From positions 51,646,001 through 51,710,000 of the forward strand of contig NC_043001.1 in the NCBI RefSeq assembly GCF_006345805.1: a stretch of 64,000 nucleotides of DNA. Reading direction: 5' to 3'. Position 1 is the first letter of the stretch. Every line of letters begins with the position of its first letter. A program made the translations under genes and the position numbers. Positions 51,420 through 64,000 of the stretch are shown here, piece after piece. The notes below the pieces were generated by a model. The model had not been told where the DNA came from and made no database searches. It saw only the letters and a program-made list of their open reading frames with translations. The DNA comes from Octopus sinensis. Its lineage: Eukaryota.

Positions 51420-52205
51420 GTTATGGATGATTCTTTTATGACTTCATTGCTTTCTGGCTTAGCTTAAGGTATTTTCATCGGATGAGGCTTAGCTTTTTTG
51501 GATGAGTGAAGACTAAGCTTAATGGTAGCTGATACAATTCTGTGGTTGGAACCAACAGGACTAAAGGAAGAGTAGGATCTCAAGTCTTTGACACTATTGC
51601 ACCACTTCTTTAAAAAAATGAGGTAGTCAACTTGTGCCCTGTCACTAGATGGATACTCGAATGTCCAAAGTTGTCCTTTTGGTTTCATAAAATAATTGTT
51701 GGGGGTGTAAAGATTATATTCCTCTAAAAAGTCTTTGAGCATTTCCCCATTCCGAATAGTTTTAGAGTTGAAAGTAAACTTGGTCTCATAGAACCAATTC
51801 TACTATATGGCTCAGAAACCTGGATGTTATCAAAGAAGCTTGAAAGGCGGTTGGATGGAACTTACACTCACCTCCTTATGAGAGCTCAAAATCTCTCATG
51901 GAAGCATCATCCAACCAAAGTACAAATATATGGGAAATTACCACCTGTATCATCTCTTGTGAAAGGTAGAAGAGTCCAGTTTGCTGGACATTGTTGTAGA
52001 GCTGAAAAGGAGGTAATTTCTACTCTTCTCCTCTGGAAGCCATCTGCTCGCGATACCAGAGGGCGCACACTCTCCTACCCTGATGTAATCTCCAGGGATA
52101 CAGGCATCCAGCAACAGGACCTCCGTGATGCTATGATGGACCGTGAAGTCTGGCGTAACATAGTAAATTCCATTGTTTTGACCACGGTCAAACAATAATG
52201 ATGAA
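51420..52205. mobile_element. RTE-like LINE fragment with a 5' inversion (endonuclease piece on -, 3' end on +)
   Basis: Minus: RNGEMLKDFLEE..WTFEYPS..QVDYLI..KW.NSVKD.RSYS..VGSNHRIV. Plus: EPILLYGSETW..LDGTYTHLLMRAQN..RRVQFAGHC..AMMDREVWR then a tgatga tail. Confidence 0.85.
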
Positions 52206-52627
52206 GGTATTTTCGCACCCGACATCACAAAATGCATCTGAATAAATTTTGCCGGACAGCAAATAGAGACTCGGATATTGCTTAGAAAATATTTTTCATT
52301 TTTATCCTCGTATATAGTATGCACAAGGGATTTTGATCATTAAATTTTGGGAAAAATATGTGGATTATACTCAAGGATTTATGGTATGTTATACTGTTTG
52401 TAAAAGTTTATGGTTTTTCTATCTTATTTCTTAGAGTCAATAAATATGTACCAAAGCATGCTTTATCTCTCTGCTTGAAGATCAGAATGTTATTATAGGA
52501 GAGAAAATGGTGCATATCACAATTTAATAAATTACATTACAATTTAATTTCTTATTATTATCCAAGTTTTTCATACTGGTGTGGCTAAAACCTTGTGTGT
52601 GGATTTGGTAGACAGAAACTGAAATAA

Positions 52628-53040
52628 AAGGCGGCAGGCTGGCAGAAATGTTAGCATGCCGGGTGAAATGCTTAGCAGTATTTCGTCTGCCACTACATTC
52701 TGAGTTCAAATTCCGTTGAGGTCGACTGCCTTTCATTCTTTCGGAGTCGATTACAAGTACCAGTTATGCACTGGGGTTGATATAATCAACTTAATCCATT
52801 TGTCTGTCCTTGTTTGTCCTCTCTGTGTTTAGCCCCTTGTGGGTAGTAAAGAAATAGGTATTTCGTCTGCCGTTGTGTTCTGAGTTCAAATTCTGCTGAG
52901 GTTGACTTTACCTTTCATCCTTTCGGGGTCAATAAATTAAGTACCAGTTACGTACTGGGATCGATGTAATTGACTTAATCCCTTTGTCTGTCCTTGTTTG
53001 TCCCCTCTATGTTTAGCCCCTTGTGGGCAGTAAAGAAATA
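52628..53040 (+). mobile_element. tandem dimer of SINE family C
   Basis: Two consecutive bodies, each ending agccccttgtggg.agtaaagaaata. Confidence 0.85.
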
Positions 53041-54894
53041 TATAATGCACTACACAGTATTATTGGGTATTTTAAAATATAGTATATTTTTTTAATAAAC
53101 ATAGAATATTCAACTCTATCAGTGAATACTTCGTTATGCAAATTAGACTAATGACAGGAAATTAGATTGATTCCAATTTTTATATCTGTGGACTGATAAA
53201 AACTTTAGTCTGTTCATTTTGTTTACTCCACACAGTAAGTGAGGTAAACATTGCATTTTATTAAAAGATATACATTACATGTGTGTGTGCGTTGTGTGTG
53301 AAAATGTTCATGATAGCTAAATTACCACAGATTCACAAGAGTTAAACAGTGATATGTTTACAGCCCTTGCTAAAATTATGACAATTGGTCTGTGCCTTTG
53401 AAGACCAGTGGAATAAAATATTCCTTGCTCAAAAGCTGGTAAATGCTGGTGACAGGAAGAGCATCTGGTTGTAAAATCCTGCCTTTGATATGGCCATCAT
53501 CCAACACATGTTAGCCTATATATATATAATCATTGTCATTAAATGATGGCAATGATGATGACAATGATGATATTGATATATACTGATATGTATATATATA
53601 TACACATATACTCTTTTATTCATTTACTTGCCTTAAAGGGTTTTTAGTTGAAGAAATCAACCTCAGGACTTATTCTTTGTAAGCCTAGTACTTATTCCAT
53701 CTTACCCTTTTGCTGAACTGCTAAGTTACGGGGATGTAAATATACCAATATCAGTTGTCAAGTGATGGTTGTGGGAAGGAAAACCACAGACACAAAGACA
53801 CAGATGCATATCTTTCATCTTTTGCTTCCTTCAGTCATCAGAGTGCAGCCATGCTGGGGTACTAACTTGAAGAATTTTAGTACTTATTTTTTATAAAGCC
53901 TGGTACTTATCGATTTCTTTTGCTGAACTGCTAAGCTATGAGGATGTAAACACACCAACAGCAGTTGTCAAGCAGTGGTGTCATGTTTACTTTCTTGGTA
54001 AACATTATGTCCCATAGCCCTGGCCTCTTGTAGTGAAATAATATATCCCTTGCTTGTAAAGGATGGGCACGAGGAAGAGTGTTCAGCAATAAAATGCTAT
54101 CTCAAATAAATACCAATTTATACCAGCATAAAAATAGCTATAAAATTGTATGAACACACACACACACACACACAGAATTGTAATAAGAGGTAATTACTAG
54201 GAACACATATATGCTGTGATCTTCACATCTATTTTATCAGTTTCGTTAGGTTATCTTTCACACCAAATAACCATGTCTAACTATCATGCAGCATCACATA
54301 GCCTGTCTCTTGCATACGTGCGCACACAGACACAGACACACACACACACACACACAAAGAAACACTTTGTTGCCAACAGAAACCAGTTCTTGTCTCTTCC
54401 TTATTCCAACTAATGTATTTTATAACAAACACCTGCAGAACTAATTAGGTTACCTCAGAAACAGAAATCTATCAACTATGCTCAAGTGAACTTTTTATGT
54501 AACATATGTTATTTTATATTTTATAAATGTTCCTCCTGCTAACTAATTCTGTAAATCTATTACGTCTGAGTAGATTCTGTCAATATGCCACAGATCTCAC
54601 GGTTAATGAGATCACTCACTGCTTGCACAAAGTACACAGAATGAAACTTCTATCTACTCCCTAATGATTCTTACATGAAAACTGCTCCTCAAATGATAGC
54701 GGCTGCTGCAGTGAGAGTCGCTGACCATTCTCTGTGGCAAATCCACTACAGACATTACCATGGGGTGCAGTTGAGCACAAATTGCCCCTCCTCCTCCATC
54801 TTCTGCTGCTTTAACCCCACTTCTCTTTCCTTTGTTAAACCTCCATTTTTCCTGTTTTTGTATTTAAATATTATAATTAAAAATAAATATCTGA

Positions 54895-55258
54895 GCGTGA
54901 TCGTTGCCAGAGCGGCTAACTGGCTTCCATGCCAGTGGCACATAAAAGGCACCATTCGAGCATGTTCGTTACCAGTGTCGCCTTACTGGCACCTGTGCCA
55001 GTGGCATGTGTAAAAAGATTTGAGCGAGGTTTTTGCCAGTACCGCCTGACTGGCCCCCCAAGCCGGTGGCATGTAAAAAGCACCCACTACACTCTTGGAG
55101 TGGTTGGTGTTAGGAAGGGCATCCAGCTGTAGAAACTCTACCAGATCAAGATTGGAGCCTAGTGCAGCCATCTGGTTCGCCAGCCCTCAGTCAAAATCGT
55201 CCAACCTATGCTAGCATGGAAAGCGGATGTTAAACGATGATGATGATGATGATGACGA
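54895..55258 (+). mobile_element. RTE-tailed SINE-like element (family D)
   Basis: Colinear with 46275-46722. Confidence 0.85.
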
Positions 55259-55405
55259 TTTTGTTAATATTTAAAAAAGAAAAAAACTTCAAACCCTTTT
55301 GAGATCAAGGTACATAAGACAATCTTTGCTTCTATCAAGAAACACTACTATTTTTGAAATGTTATTATGAATAAAAATCTATTATAACTGATTGTCAAAA
55401 ATATT

Positions 55406-55785
55406 TACTCTTTTACTCTTTTACATGTTTCAGTCATTTGACTGCAGCCATGCTGGAGCACTGCCTTTAGTCGAGGAAATCGACCCAAGGACTTATTCTT
55501 TGTAAGCTTAGTACTTATTCTATCAGTCTCTTTTGCCGAACCACTAAGTTACGGGGCGTAAACACACCAGCATTGGTTGTCAATCGATGTTGAGAGGACA
55601 CACAAACACATATATATATACATATATACGATAGGCTTCTTTCAGTTTCCATCTACCAAATCCACTCACAAGGTTGTGGTCAGCCCGAGGCTATAGTAGA
55701 AGACATTTGCCCAAGGTGTCATGCAGTGGGACTGAACCCAGAACCATGTGGTTGGTAAGCAAGCTACTTACCACACAGCCACTCC
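55406..55785 (-). mobile_element. SINE family B
   Basis: Full reverse copy. Confidence 0.9.
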
Positions 55786-57002
55786 AGTCACCGCTCACTT
55801 ATTTTTCAAATTTCATCTTAATAATGGTTTCAAATTTTGGCATAAAGCCAGTAATTTCAGGGGAGGGGTAAGTCAATTACATTGACCCCAGTACTCAACG
55901 GATACTTAACCTATCAGCCCCAAAAGGATGGAAGGTAAAGTCGACTTCGGCAGAATTTGATCTAGAACATACAGAAAGAGGAAATGCCACCAAGTATTTT
56001 GCCTGGCATACTAATGATTTTGTCAGCATGCCACCTTAAATATCATCTTAATAATGGTAAGTTGAGATCTATAGACAAATCTATGCCATCAGCATTTCTT
56101 CCTGCTGATAATTCTACAGCCTACTTAAAAATGTCCAAAAGCGATGGGATAAAGACAGTAGAAACAGGTTTGTAGTTGCTTAAAGTTTCTATTCTAGACC
56201 TGTACTTTAACAGATGTGTAAATTTTACATTTGCAAACCCCAGGGGCTATGTAGGAATTCTGGTCCTACATCAGTGTCTGGGCAATCCTACTGAAGAATA
56301 TTACTGCGCACCCTCAATTAGGAAGGTCATAGAAAAATTGGGCTAAAAATCGAAAGTCACTCTTAGATACATGGCTGGGTAAGTGAACAAGTAGAGCACA
56401 TGTTATACAGTCAAAAAAAAAAAAAAAAAAAAATGAATCTTAATCTTAGAAACTGACCTCAGAACATGAAATGTAAAAAAATTCTTGATCTAACAACACC
56501 AAAGACCAGAATGACACACAGCACTTGTCTCAAAAGAACTGACACATTTCAACATCAATATCATTCCCTGTTAGGTGACAAGCTGGCAGAATTGTGAGCA
56601 CGTTGGGTGAAATGCTTAGTGGTATTTCATCTGCCACTATGTTCTGAGTTCAAATTCTGCTGAGGTTGACTTTGCCTTTCATCTTTTCGGGGTCAATTAA
56701 ATAAGTACCAGTTATGCACTGGGGTCATTGTAATCGACTTAATCCCTTTGTCTGTCCCCTCTATGTTTAGCCCCTAGTGGGCAATAAAGAAATAGCTCAA
56801 TTTCAGTGCTCATTGCTTGCACTGAATACATGGAATGATGCTTTTATCAATCAAAAGACCAATACACAAAGATTACTTCCTACAATGGTATTCAGTACCT
56901 CTCTTAAGCAATATCTTGGATTTTACCTTTATGATCTGTAGAATTTTATATTTGATATCAAACTATACAAAAGCACTTCGGGTTCTATAAATAGAATTTT
57001 AT

Positions 57003-57250
57003 CATGTAAAAAGCACCATCCAATCGTGGCCGTTGCCAGCCTCATCTGGCACCTGTGCCAGTGGCACGTAAAAAGCACCCACTACACTCACGGAGTGGTT
57101 GGCATTAGGAAGGGCATCCAGCTGTAGAAACACTGCCAGATCAGACTGGGCCTGGTGCAGCCTTCTGGCTTCCCAGACCCCAGTTGAACTGTCCAACCCA
57201 TGCTAGCATGGAAAGTGGATGTTAAATGATGATGATGATGACGATGATGA
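57003..57250 (+). mobile_element. 5'-truncated family D element flanked by 49-bp direct repeats
   Basis: gatatcaaactatacaaaagcacttc(g/a)ggttctataaatagaattttat at 56954-57002 and 57249-57297. Confidence 0.85.
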
Positions 57251-60200
57251 TATCAAACTATACAAAAGCACTTCAGGTTCTATAAATAGAATTTTATGTT
57301 TGATATCAAACTACACAAAAGCACTTCAGGTTCTATAAAATAAAGTGGTGGTTTTTGAATTTTTTAATATATCAGCTTAATAATGAAAATTTATTTTTTG
57401 CTAAACCTTTCCAAATTGTTCATTATCTTCAAAATTCATTGAAATATTGTTATACAAAAGAGCTAGATTATGTTTTTGAGCTTCAAACTACTTTCTGCAA
57501 CTCCTCAAAAATTCTGGTATGATAACTTAATCATCAGCTGGAGTACGTATGTACATGCACACAAACAAACACACACACACTCTCTCTCTCTTTCTCAACT
57601 GGCCTACTTCAGCTTCTATGTGTGTGTGTCTATATGTGTATATGTCAGGACTATGGAAATTGCTACTTTGCTTTGGTACAGATGAGAACTGGCAATAGAA
57701 AGAGCATCTAGTCACAGGAAAGTCTGCCTCAAGAAGTTTTGCCTGACCCATGGGAAAACATTAAAACAGTGATGGTGATGATCATGATCATCAACATTTA
57801 GAGTCCGTTTGCCATGCTGGTATGGGTTGGACACCTTGACAAGAATTGGCAAGGCCAGGAGATGCACCAGGTTCCATAGTCTGTTTTGGTTTGGTTTCTA
57901 CAACTGGACACCCTTCCTAACACCAACCACACCAGAGAGTGTACTGGGTGCTTTTTGAGTGGCACCATCACTAGTATATAAGGCATATATATATAATATG
58001 TGTGTGTAAAGTGGTTGATTGGCAAAATTGTCAGAGCATCAAATAGAATGTGTTGCATATATTATTCTGGATCTCTGCATACTGAGTTCAAATCTTGGTG
58101 AAGTTGCCTTTGCTTTTCATCCTTTAGTGGGATGCTAATAAATGCACCATCATTGTGCTGGTACATTTTTTTTCTCAAGGGTTTTCAATCATATTTTGTC
58201 TATGGTCCCCTTTGATTACTATATTATTCTGGTAGACCCCCATTCAATGTTCAAAACCTAGTTTTATAGATACTTTTTTTTCAAAATTCTTATTTTGTTT
58301 TACACACATTCACTTGTGTAATTTGAACTATGTAAAATGATAGAGAAAGAAACCTAGTTGTTTCTTGCAGTACATACCAATACATACATCTATTTGCTAT
58401 TTTTTTGTGTGGACCCCAAAATCTTATATGGACCTTCTGGGGCCATAAGGACCATGACTGAGAACCATTGCATCTAACTGCTACATCTTGCTTGTCAATC
58501 CATAAGAGAGTTGAGTCTGTTTGTGTCTGCTCATGACTACACAGCTACCTAAAGCCATTGACAAAATCTTCATAGATGCTACTAAGTCAACTCTGACTCC
58601 GATTGTGAGTGAAAGCCATTGTTTAATGTATGTGTGGACTTGTCTTTGTTAGAGTTAATTTAAAATTGGAGTGGTGTAAAAAAAAGAAAAGCGTACCTTT
58701 CTGATTCAACAAATATAAATTATTGAACTAATTACCTGACTGAAATAAATACTGGAATTGATTTGATTGGCTAAAACTTTTGAACGTGATGCCCCAGCAT
58801 GACCATAGTCCAATGTCTGAAACCAGTAAAAAGAATACGAATAAATAATTTCAGTTTTATACATCATGATAAACAAACAGCCTAGCTTGTGAAAATACTT
58901 ATTATAATGAAGCTTGTGTAAGTATATTTATATCATCATCATCGTCGTTTAACGTCCACATGAACCCAAAAGACTGCCAACCTTTCTTTCTCAGCATATC
59001 ATGCTCTCCTTTGACTCATACTTCATACTCCTTTTTACACTAACCACCTCATTGAAGTAATGTAATATACCTTACACTGCCTCTTAGGCCAACCATCTCC
59101 ATGGAATGAAAAAAAATTGCAAGAGTGAGAGAGAGAGGGGAAAGGGAGGAGAGGTAATCAGCAATGTATGTCCAAAGATGTTCAACAAGACACCTTTCAC
59201 ATAGTTGTTTAACCTACTAAAAATAGCAGCCAAATCTCCCTCAAATCACAACCTAATATCTTAAACAAAGAATATATTGGACAATATACTTCCTGATATG
59301 CAAAATGATGGGATTGTCACAATTGGAATGTCATTCATCACAGATGTGTGTGATCAGAGCTGAACAGTGGTAAAACAACTACAACCAAGTTTAATTTGAG
59401 TTAACAATGGAAACCCTCAATGCAGTCACTAAACTTACTAGAAATAACAGCCAAACCCCATTATCTTAAATTAGGTAAAAATACAATGGACAATAATAAA
59501 GTTCTATATATCTTTAATTGTTTACTTGTTTCAGTCATTTGACTGTGACCATGCCAGGGCACTGTCTTGAAGGATTCAATTAATCAAATTGACACTAGTA
59601 CTTATTTTCCAAAGTTTGGTACTTATTCTATCAGACTCTTTTGCCAAACCACTAAGTTACAGGAACATAAACAAACCAACACCTATGGCCATACCTGTGT
59701 CTATAGCCATGACTGCACATGGTCACCATAATCATCATCATTTTGATGCTTACTTTTCTATGCTTACAAAGACAGACAAAATTATGTTGCAGCAAGTTCT
59801 CTTTATGGCTTGATGCCCTTCCTGTCAACAATACCCACTTGTTTCCATGTAAGGTAATAATCTCCTAGTCTACTGAAGAGCCCAGACATGTTTAGATGGA
59901 GAATTGGAAACAAACAACATTGTTAATGAAACCATTGTTTACAATTAGGGAGGGAACATGTGTGCAGATGAAGAAAATACAAGCCTCACACAAACACACA
60001 CTATATATATATACGTATGATGGACTTCTTTCAGATTCCATTTACCAAAGTCATTCACAAGGCTTTCAACAGTCTGGGACTGATAGAAGATACTTGCCTA
60101 AGGTGCTATGCAGTGGGACTGAATCTGAACCCATGTGGCTGAGAAGTAAACTTCTTGATCAAACAGGCAGGTCTTATGTATACATAGCGACATATATACA

Positions 60201-61229
60201 TAGATATAAACATACATTATGGGACTCTCTCACTGCTTCTATAAAAGAAAGATTAGCAGGACACAGCTGTTCAGTTTTCTTAGTTCAAAGTTTTGCTAGG
60301 GTCAACATCTTGAAGGAAAAAACCACCTAGCATAGAGATGGGTCCAATCTATTCACAAATGACAGAGACCATTACTGCAATGTCTGCAACCAGATCTACA
60401 AATCTTGGAGAGATCTGAATTCTTTCTCTCTCACACACACACATGCACACACACATGCATGCACACACACACACACAACATTACATTAACTGGGGGAAGC
60501 TGCTTGGAAAACTGTGTTTCTTCTAGTATCTTTAATATTTAAAATGTTAAATAGTTTATACGCTCAAAACAAAGTAGTCTTGATGTAGAACAATAATGGA
60601 GCTATTCTATAGCAAAACTAAATATATTTAAAACATTAAATATACTTTTTCATACTGAATAAAGTAAAAGAGCAGCCATAAAATAAAGTTCATAAACTGC
60701 TCAGATAACATGTTTGGAATGAGTTTAAGATGTTCAGTTCACAACAAAGGGTTTCCCTCAATATCATGATCATCCTCATTTAAAATGTATTTTCCATGCT
60801 GGCAAGGGTTGGGTGGCTTGATAGGAACTGTCAAGGCCAGGAGCTATACCAGGTTCCACAATGTTTTGGCTTAGCTTCTGTGGTTGGGTGAACTTCCCAA
60901 TGCCAACCACTTTACAGAGTGTACTAGGTGGTTTTTACACAATCCTAGCACCAGTGCTTTTTACATGACACCATGATTTTAGGATCTCATTTTATGTGAC
61001 ACCTTGGTTTTACGATCTCAACATGCAAAAGGAAAACTTTAAAAAGCATATTCTAGAGGTACCTGCTGCTGTTACATATAGATTTGGACATTGATATCAA
61101 AGAAGTTTGCAGCCACTAAAGAGAATGAGTGAAATAAGTATTGTTGGAAACATAACATTAATTTGTATGGGATAGCTTGCTAGGTATTAAAGGGATTAGT
61201 AAACAAGTGCAATTAAGATACAGCAGCAA

Positions 61230-61262
<33 letters not shown>

Positions 61263-62734
61263 AAGTCGTAGTAGTAGTAGCAGCAGCAGCAGTTAAGCCC
61301 TAGGTAAGTCAGCACTGATATAAAGCACTCCTATAATCAAAGGTATTCAAACTATGACCATCCTGTTTTTTCTTCAGACATAGTGTATGTAAGACAACAT
61401 CATCGCATGTGTGATGAAAAACATTTGGCCGATGTTTTTAGCTAGTTGAGTGACCATGTAGAAGCTCCTTCATAAGACTGTCATGTAAATGGATGAGAGA
61501 TCTATCAAAAAATAATTTTGGTGAGCAGAGTTTGCAGTAAGACCCTCTCTCTGCCCATTAACACTTTACAACCAATGGTCAACGAGGTAGCCCTCACAAT
61601 GTAGCCCTCACAATGTAGCTCAACTTACTAGATAGAGTAGTATTTAGCAGTTAACCATCTTTCAAATACTACCCTATTATTTTAAGATATCCAGTAATAA
61701 GGTGGGATGGTTGTTGCTGCAGTGATTTTTTTTTTTTTATTGTGGACCTGCTTAATATAGACTGATTTATGTGTAAACAACAATGAAACTACGTCACTAC
61801 AGCAACAACTACTGTCGCTGCTGCTACTACTACTAATACTACTGCTTCTTCTCTTCTGAACTAATAAGAACTACCTGTGCATAAGACCATCTAATGAACC
61901 CACCACTTCTCTCCTCATTATTCGTACAGTTTCACACCTGTCAAATCCTGTTGTTAAACATTATACATTTCCCCAGAACTTCCTTCTTCCAGCATTCTCT
62001 CTTTCTTTCAATCTCCCTGTTCACATGTTATCAACAAGCATCAGTTTATTGCACTTCAAGCTGAACAGTTATTTTACTTATTTCACATGCTCATAAAGCT
62101 AAAAATGTCATGACTAATGACTCTCTCTTACAATCATCATCATTAACGTCTGCCTTCCATCCTGGCATGGATTGGCTGGTTCTAGAGGAACTGACAAGCA
62201 AGAGGACTATGTCAAGCTCCAATGATTGCTTTAGCAATGGTTTCTATGGCTGGATGCCTTCCTAATACTAAACACTTTACAGAATATGATGGGTGCTTTT
62301 TACATGGCACATGCACTTATAAGGTCACCAAGTAACTTGCAAAACAAGACCTCTCAACTTCGTTGGGGTGCAGTATTGAGTGGAAATGGCTTTATTGCAA
62401 GAGATGAGAGGTTTAAGCATGATTAAGACAGGTCTATTGTTGAAGAGGAATACATGATTACTCCAGCTTGAAAAAGAGAAAAAGATGATGATGTTGACAT
62501 GTCCAGGTAAAAGAAAATGAGCATAAGAAAGAATAGGAAGAGGAATCAGAGGAGTAAAAGGTAAAGTTACCTTCTCAAGTCACACCAACTCATTAGGGCT
62601 GGTTTCTCGTTTTTTTGGTGTATATATTCCTCAATTGGACAGGACGCTGGTCCATTGCACGATTACTCATTTTTGCCAGCTGAGTGAACTGGAGCAACAT
62701 AAAATTACATACAGTTCAATATTTAAGAGATGAG

Positions 62735-62885
62735 GAATTTTGTACATTATTTACATTTGTTGGATATTTGTCCTCATTTTGTTTGTTGCTAACACAATGT
62801 TTCACCTGATATATCCTCCAGCCTTCATCAGGTATCTTGGAGAAATTTCAAACCTGGGTTCTCATTCCTAAGGTATTTTTCAATC
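62735..62885 (-). mobile_element. solo PLE terminal-repeat fragment with a decayed hammerhead (62791-62835)
   Basis: The reverse complement matches 34640-34770: atac-CUGAUGA-aggcug..caggu-GAAA-cauu-gugu. Confidence 0.75.
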
Positions 62886-63605
62886 TTAGTGATCAATGCC
62901 AACACATGAAGGTAAGTTAGAAGAGAACTGAAATTCTCAAGACATAAGAAACAGCTGCTCTAACCAAGATATACATACACTTATATATATAAGTACATAC
63001 ATACATACATTATATATATTTATTCTCTTTTGGAATAGTGAATTTTGAAGCACATGTAAAGCTATAAACATCAGCATGCAAATATTGAGTTGAAAAGCCT
63101 TTATGGACAGAAAAAGTCGAAAGCTGCCCGTGAGACACAAGCCCACATCTGTTGTAGACATGGCAGGTGTTCTTTAAAAATTCTTATGACATCAACAACA
63201 ACAACAACAACACACACACACACACACATTAATATGGAGAATGGAGATTTTTCAAATCCATAATTTTATTTAACAGTTATTTACAGCCCATTTTCGGGAC
63301 CTACACATGTTCCAACAGGAGAATTTATCAAGGCCTAACAACTCGTTGTTAGCTTGGATACAACATACAGATCATTGTGGTTAGCTGGCAATTGAAACTG
63401 ACTTGTGAGAAAATATGGTAACCACCAGGATAATATATCCCTTAAAAAACTCAAACAGACATTAAATGATGATGATGATAAAATACAGAGAGAGAGAGAG
63501 AGAGAGAGAGGGAGGCAATTATGCATATAAACAAATTGGATACATTAAATATATTAAATATAATAGTTTGGGTATGAAATACAAAATATGTATATATGTC
63601 TCTCT

Positions 63606-64000
63606 GTTTTACTTGTTTCAGTCATTTGACTGTGGCCATGCTGGGGCACCAACTTTAGTCAAGCAAATCGACCCCAGGACTTATTCTTTGTTTGCCTAGT
63701 ACTTATTCTATTGGTCTCTTTTGCCGAACCACTAAGTTACAGGGACACAAACAAACCAGCGTTGGTTGTCAAGAGATGTTGGGGGGACAAACACAGACAC
63801 ACACACACACACACACAAACACACACATATATACACATATACGATGGGCTTCTTTCAGTTTCCATCTACCAAACCCACTCACAAGGCTTTGGTAGGCCCA
63901 AGGCTATAATAGAAGACACTTGCCCATGGTGCCATGCAGTGGGACTGAACCTGGAACCATGTGGTTGGTAAGTAAGCTACTTACCACACAGCCACTCCTG
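63606..64000 (-). mobile_element. SINE family B, running to the window end
   Basis: Reverse copy colinear with 49296-49706. Confidence 0.9.

Noticed and set aside
44400-64000. Upstream exon or promoter of the LRR gene
   Set aside because: Expected from the splice acceptor, but no exon or CpG-rich promoter could be located from sequence alone.

Overview
Repeat-rich animal genomic DNA, most likely an octopod cephalopod. This is inferred from the recognisable tRNA-headed and RTE-tailed SINE families; no database search was run. Only one intact host coding region is visible: a single-exon, minus-strand extracellular LRR protein (signal peptide, LRRNT, 16 LRRs, FN3-like domain, GPI-like tail) at 42.6-44.4 kb. 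The rest is microsatellites, SINEs and decayed transposons: mariner x5, Tc1 x2, maT-like x2, hAT, Merlin, CR1-type LINE x2, an RTE-like LINE and several Penelope-like (PLE) families. Highlights: (1) a ~335-nt, terminally redundant, rod-folding element carrying a near-intact minimal hammerhead ribozyme at 32.15-32.55 kb, resembling a retrozyme / circular-RNA retroelement; (2) a second hammerhead with a fully intact core at 15.9 kb, plus four decayed ones; (3) a 92-bp satellite amplified from the YSPDLAPSD catalytic segment of a mariner transposase; (4) a near full-length CR1-type LINE whose ORF1 starts with a Myb/SANT-like domain, sitting inside a self-complementary (TA)n/TGCA array; (5) an abrupt CpG-decay boundary at ~42.3 kb; (6) two long palindromes. 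Boundaries of decayed elements are approximate (tens of bp). Frequent 1-bp homopolymer indels suggest some long-read consensus error.
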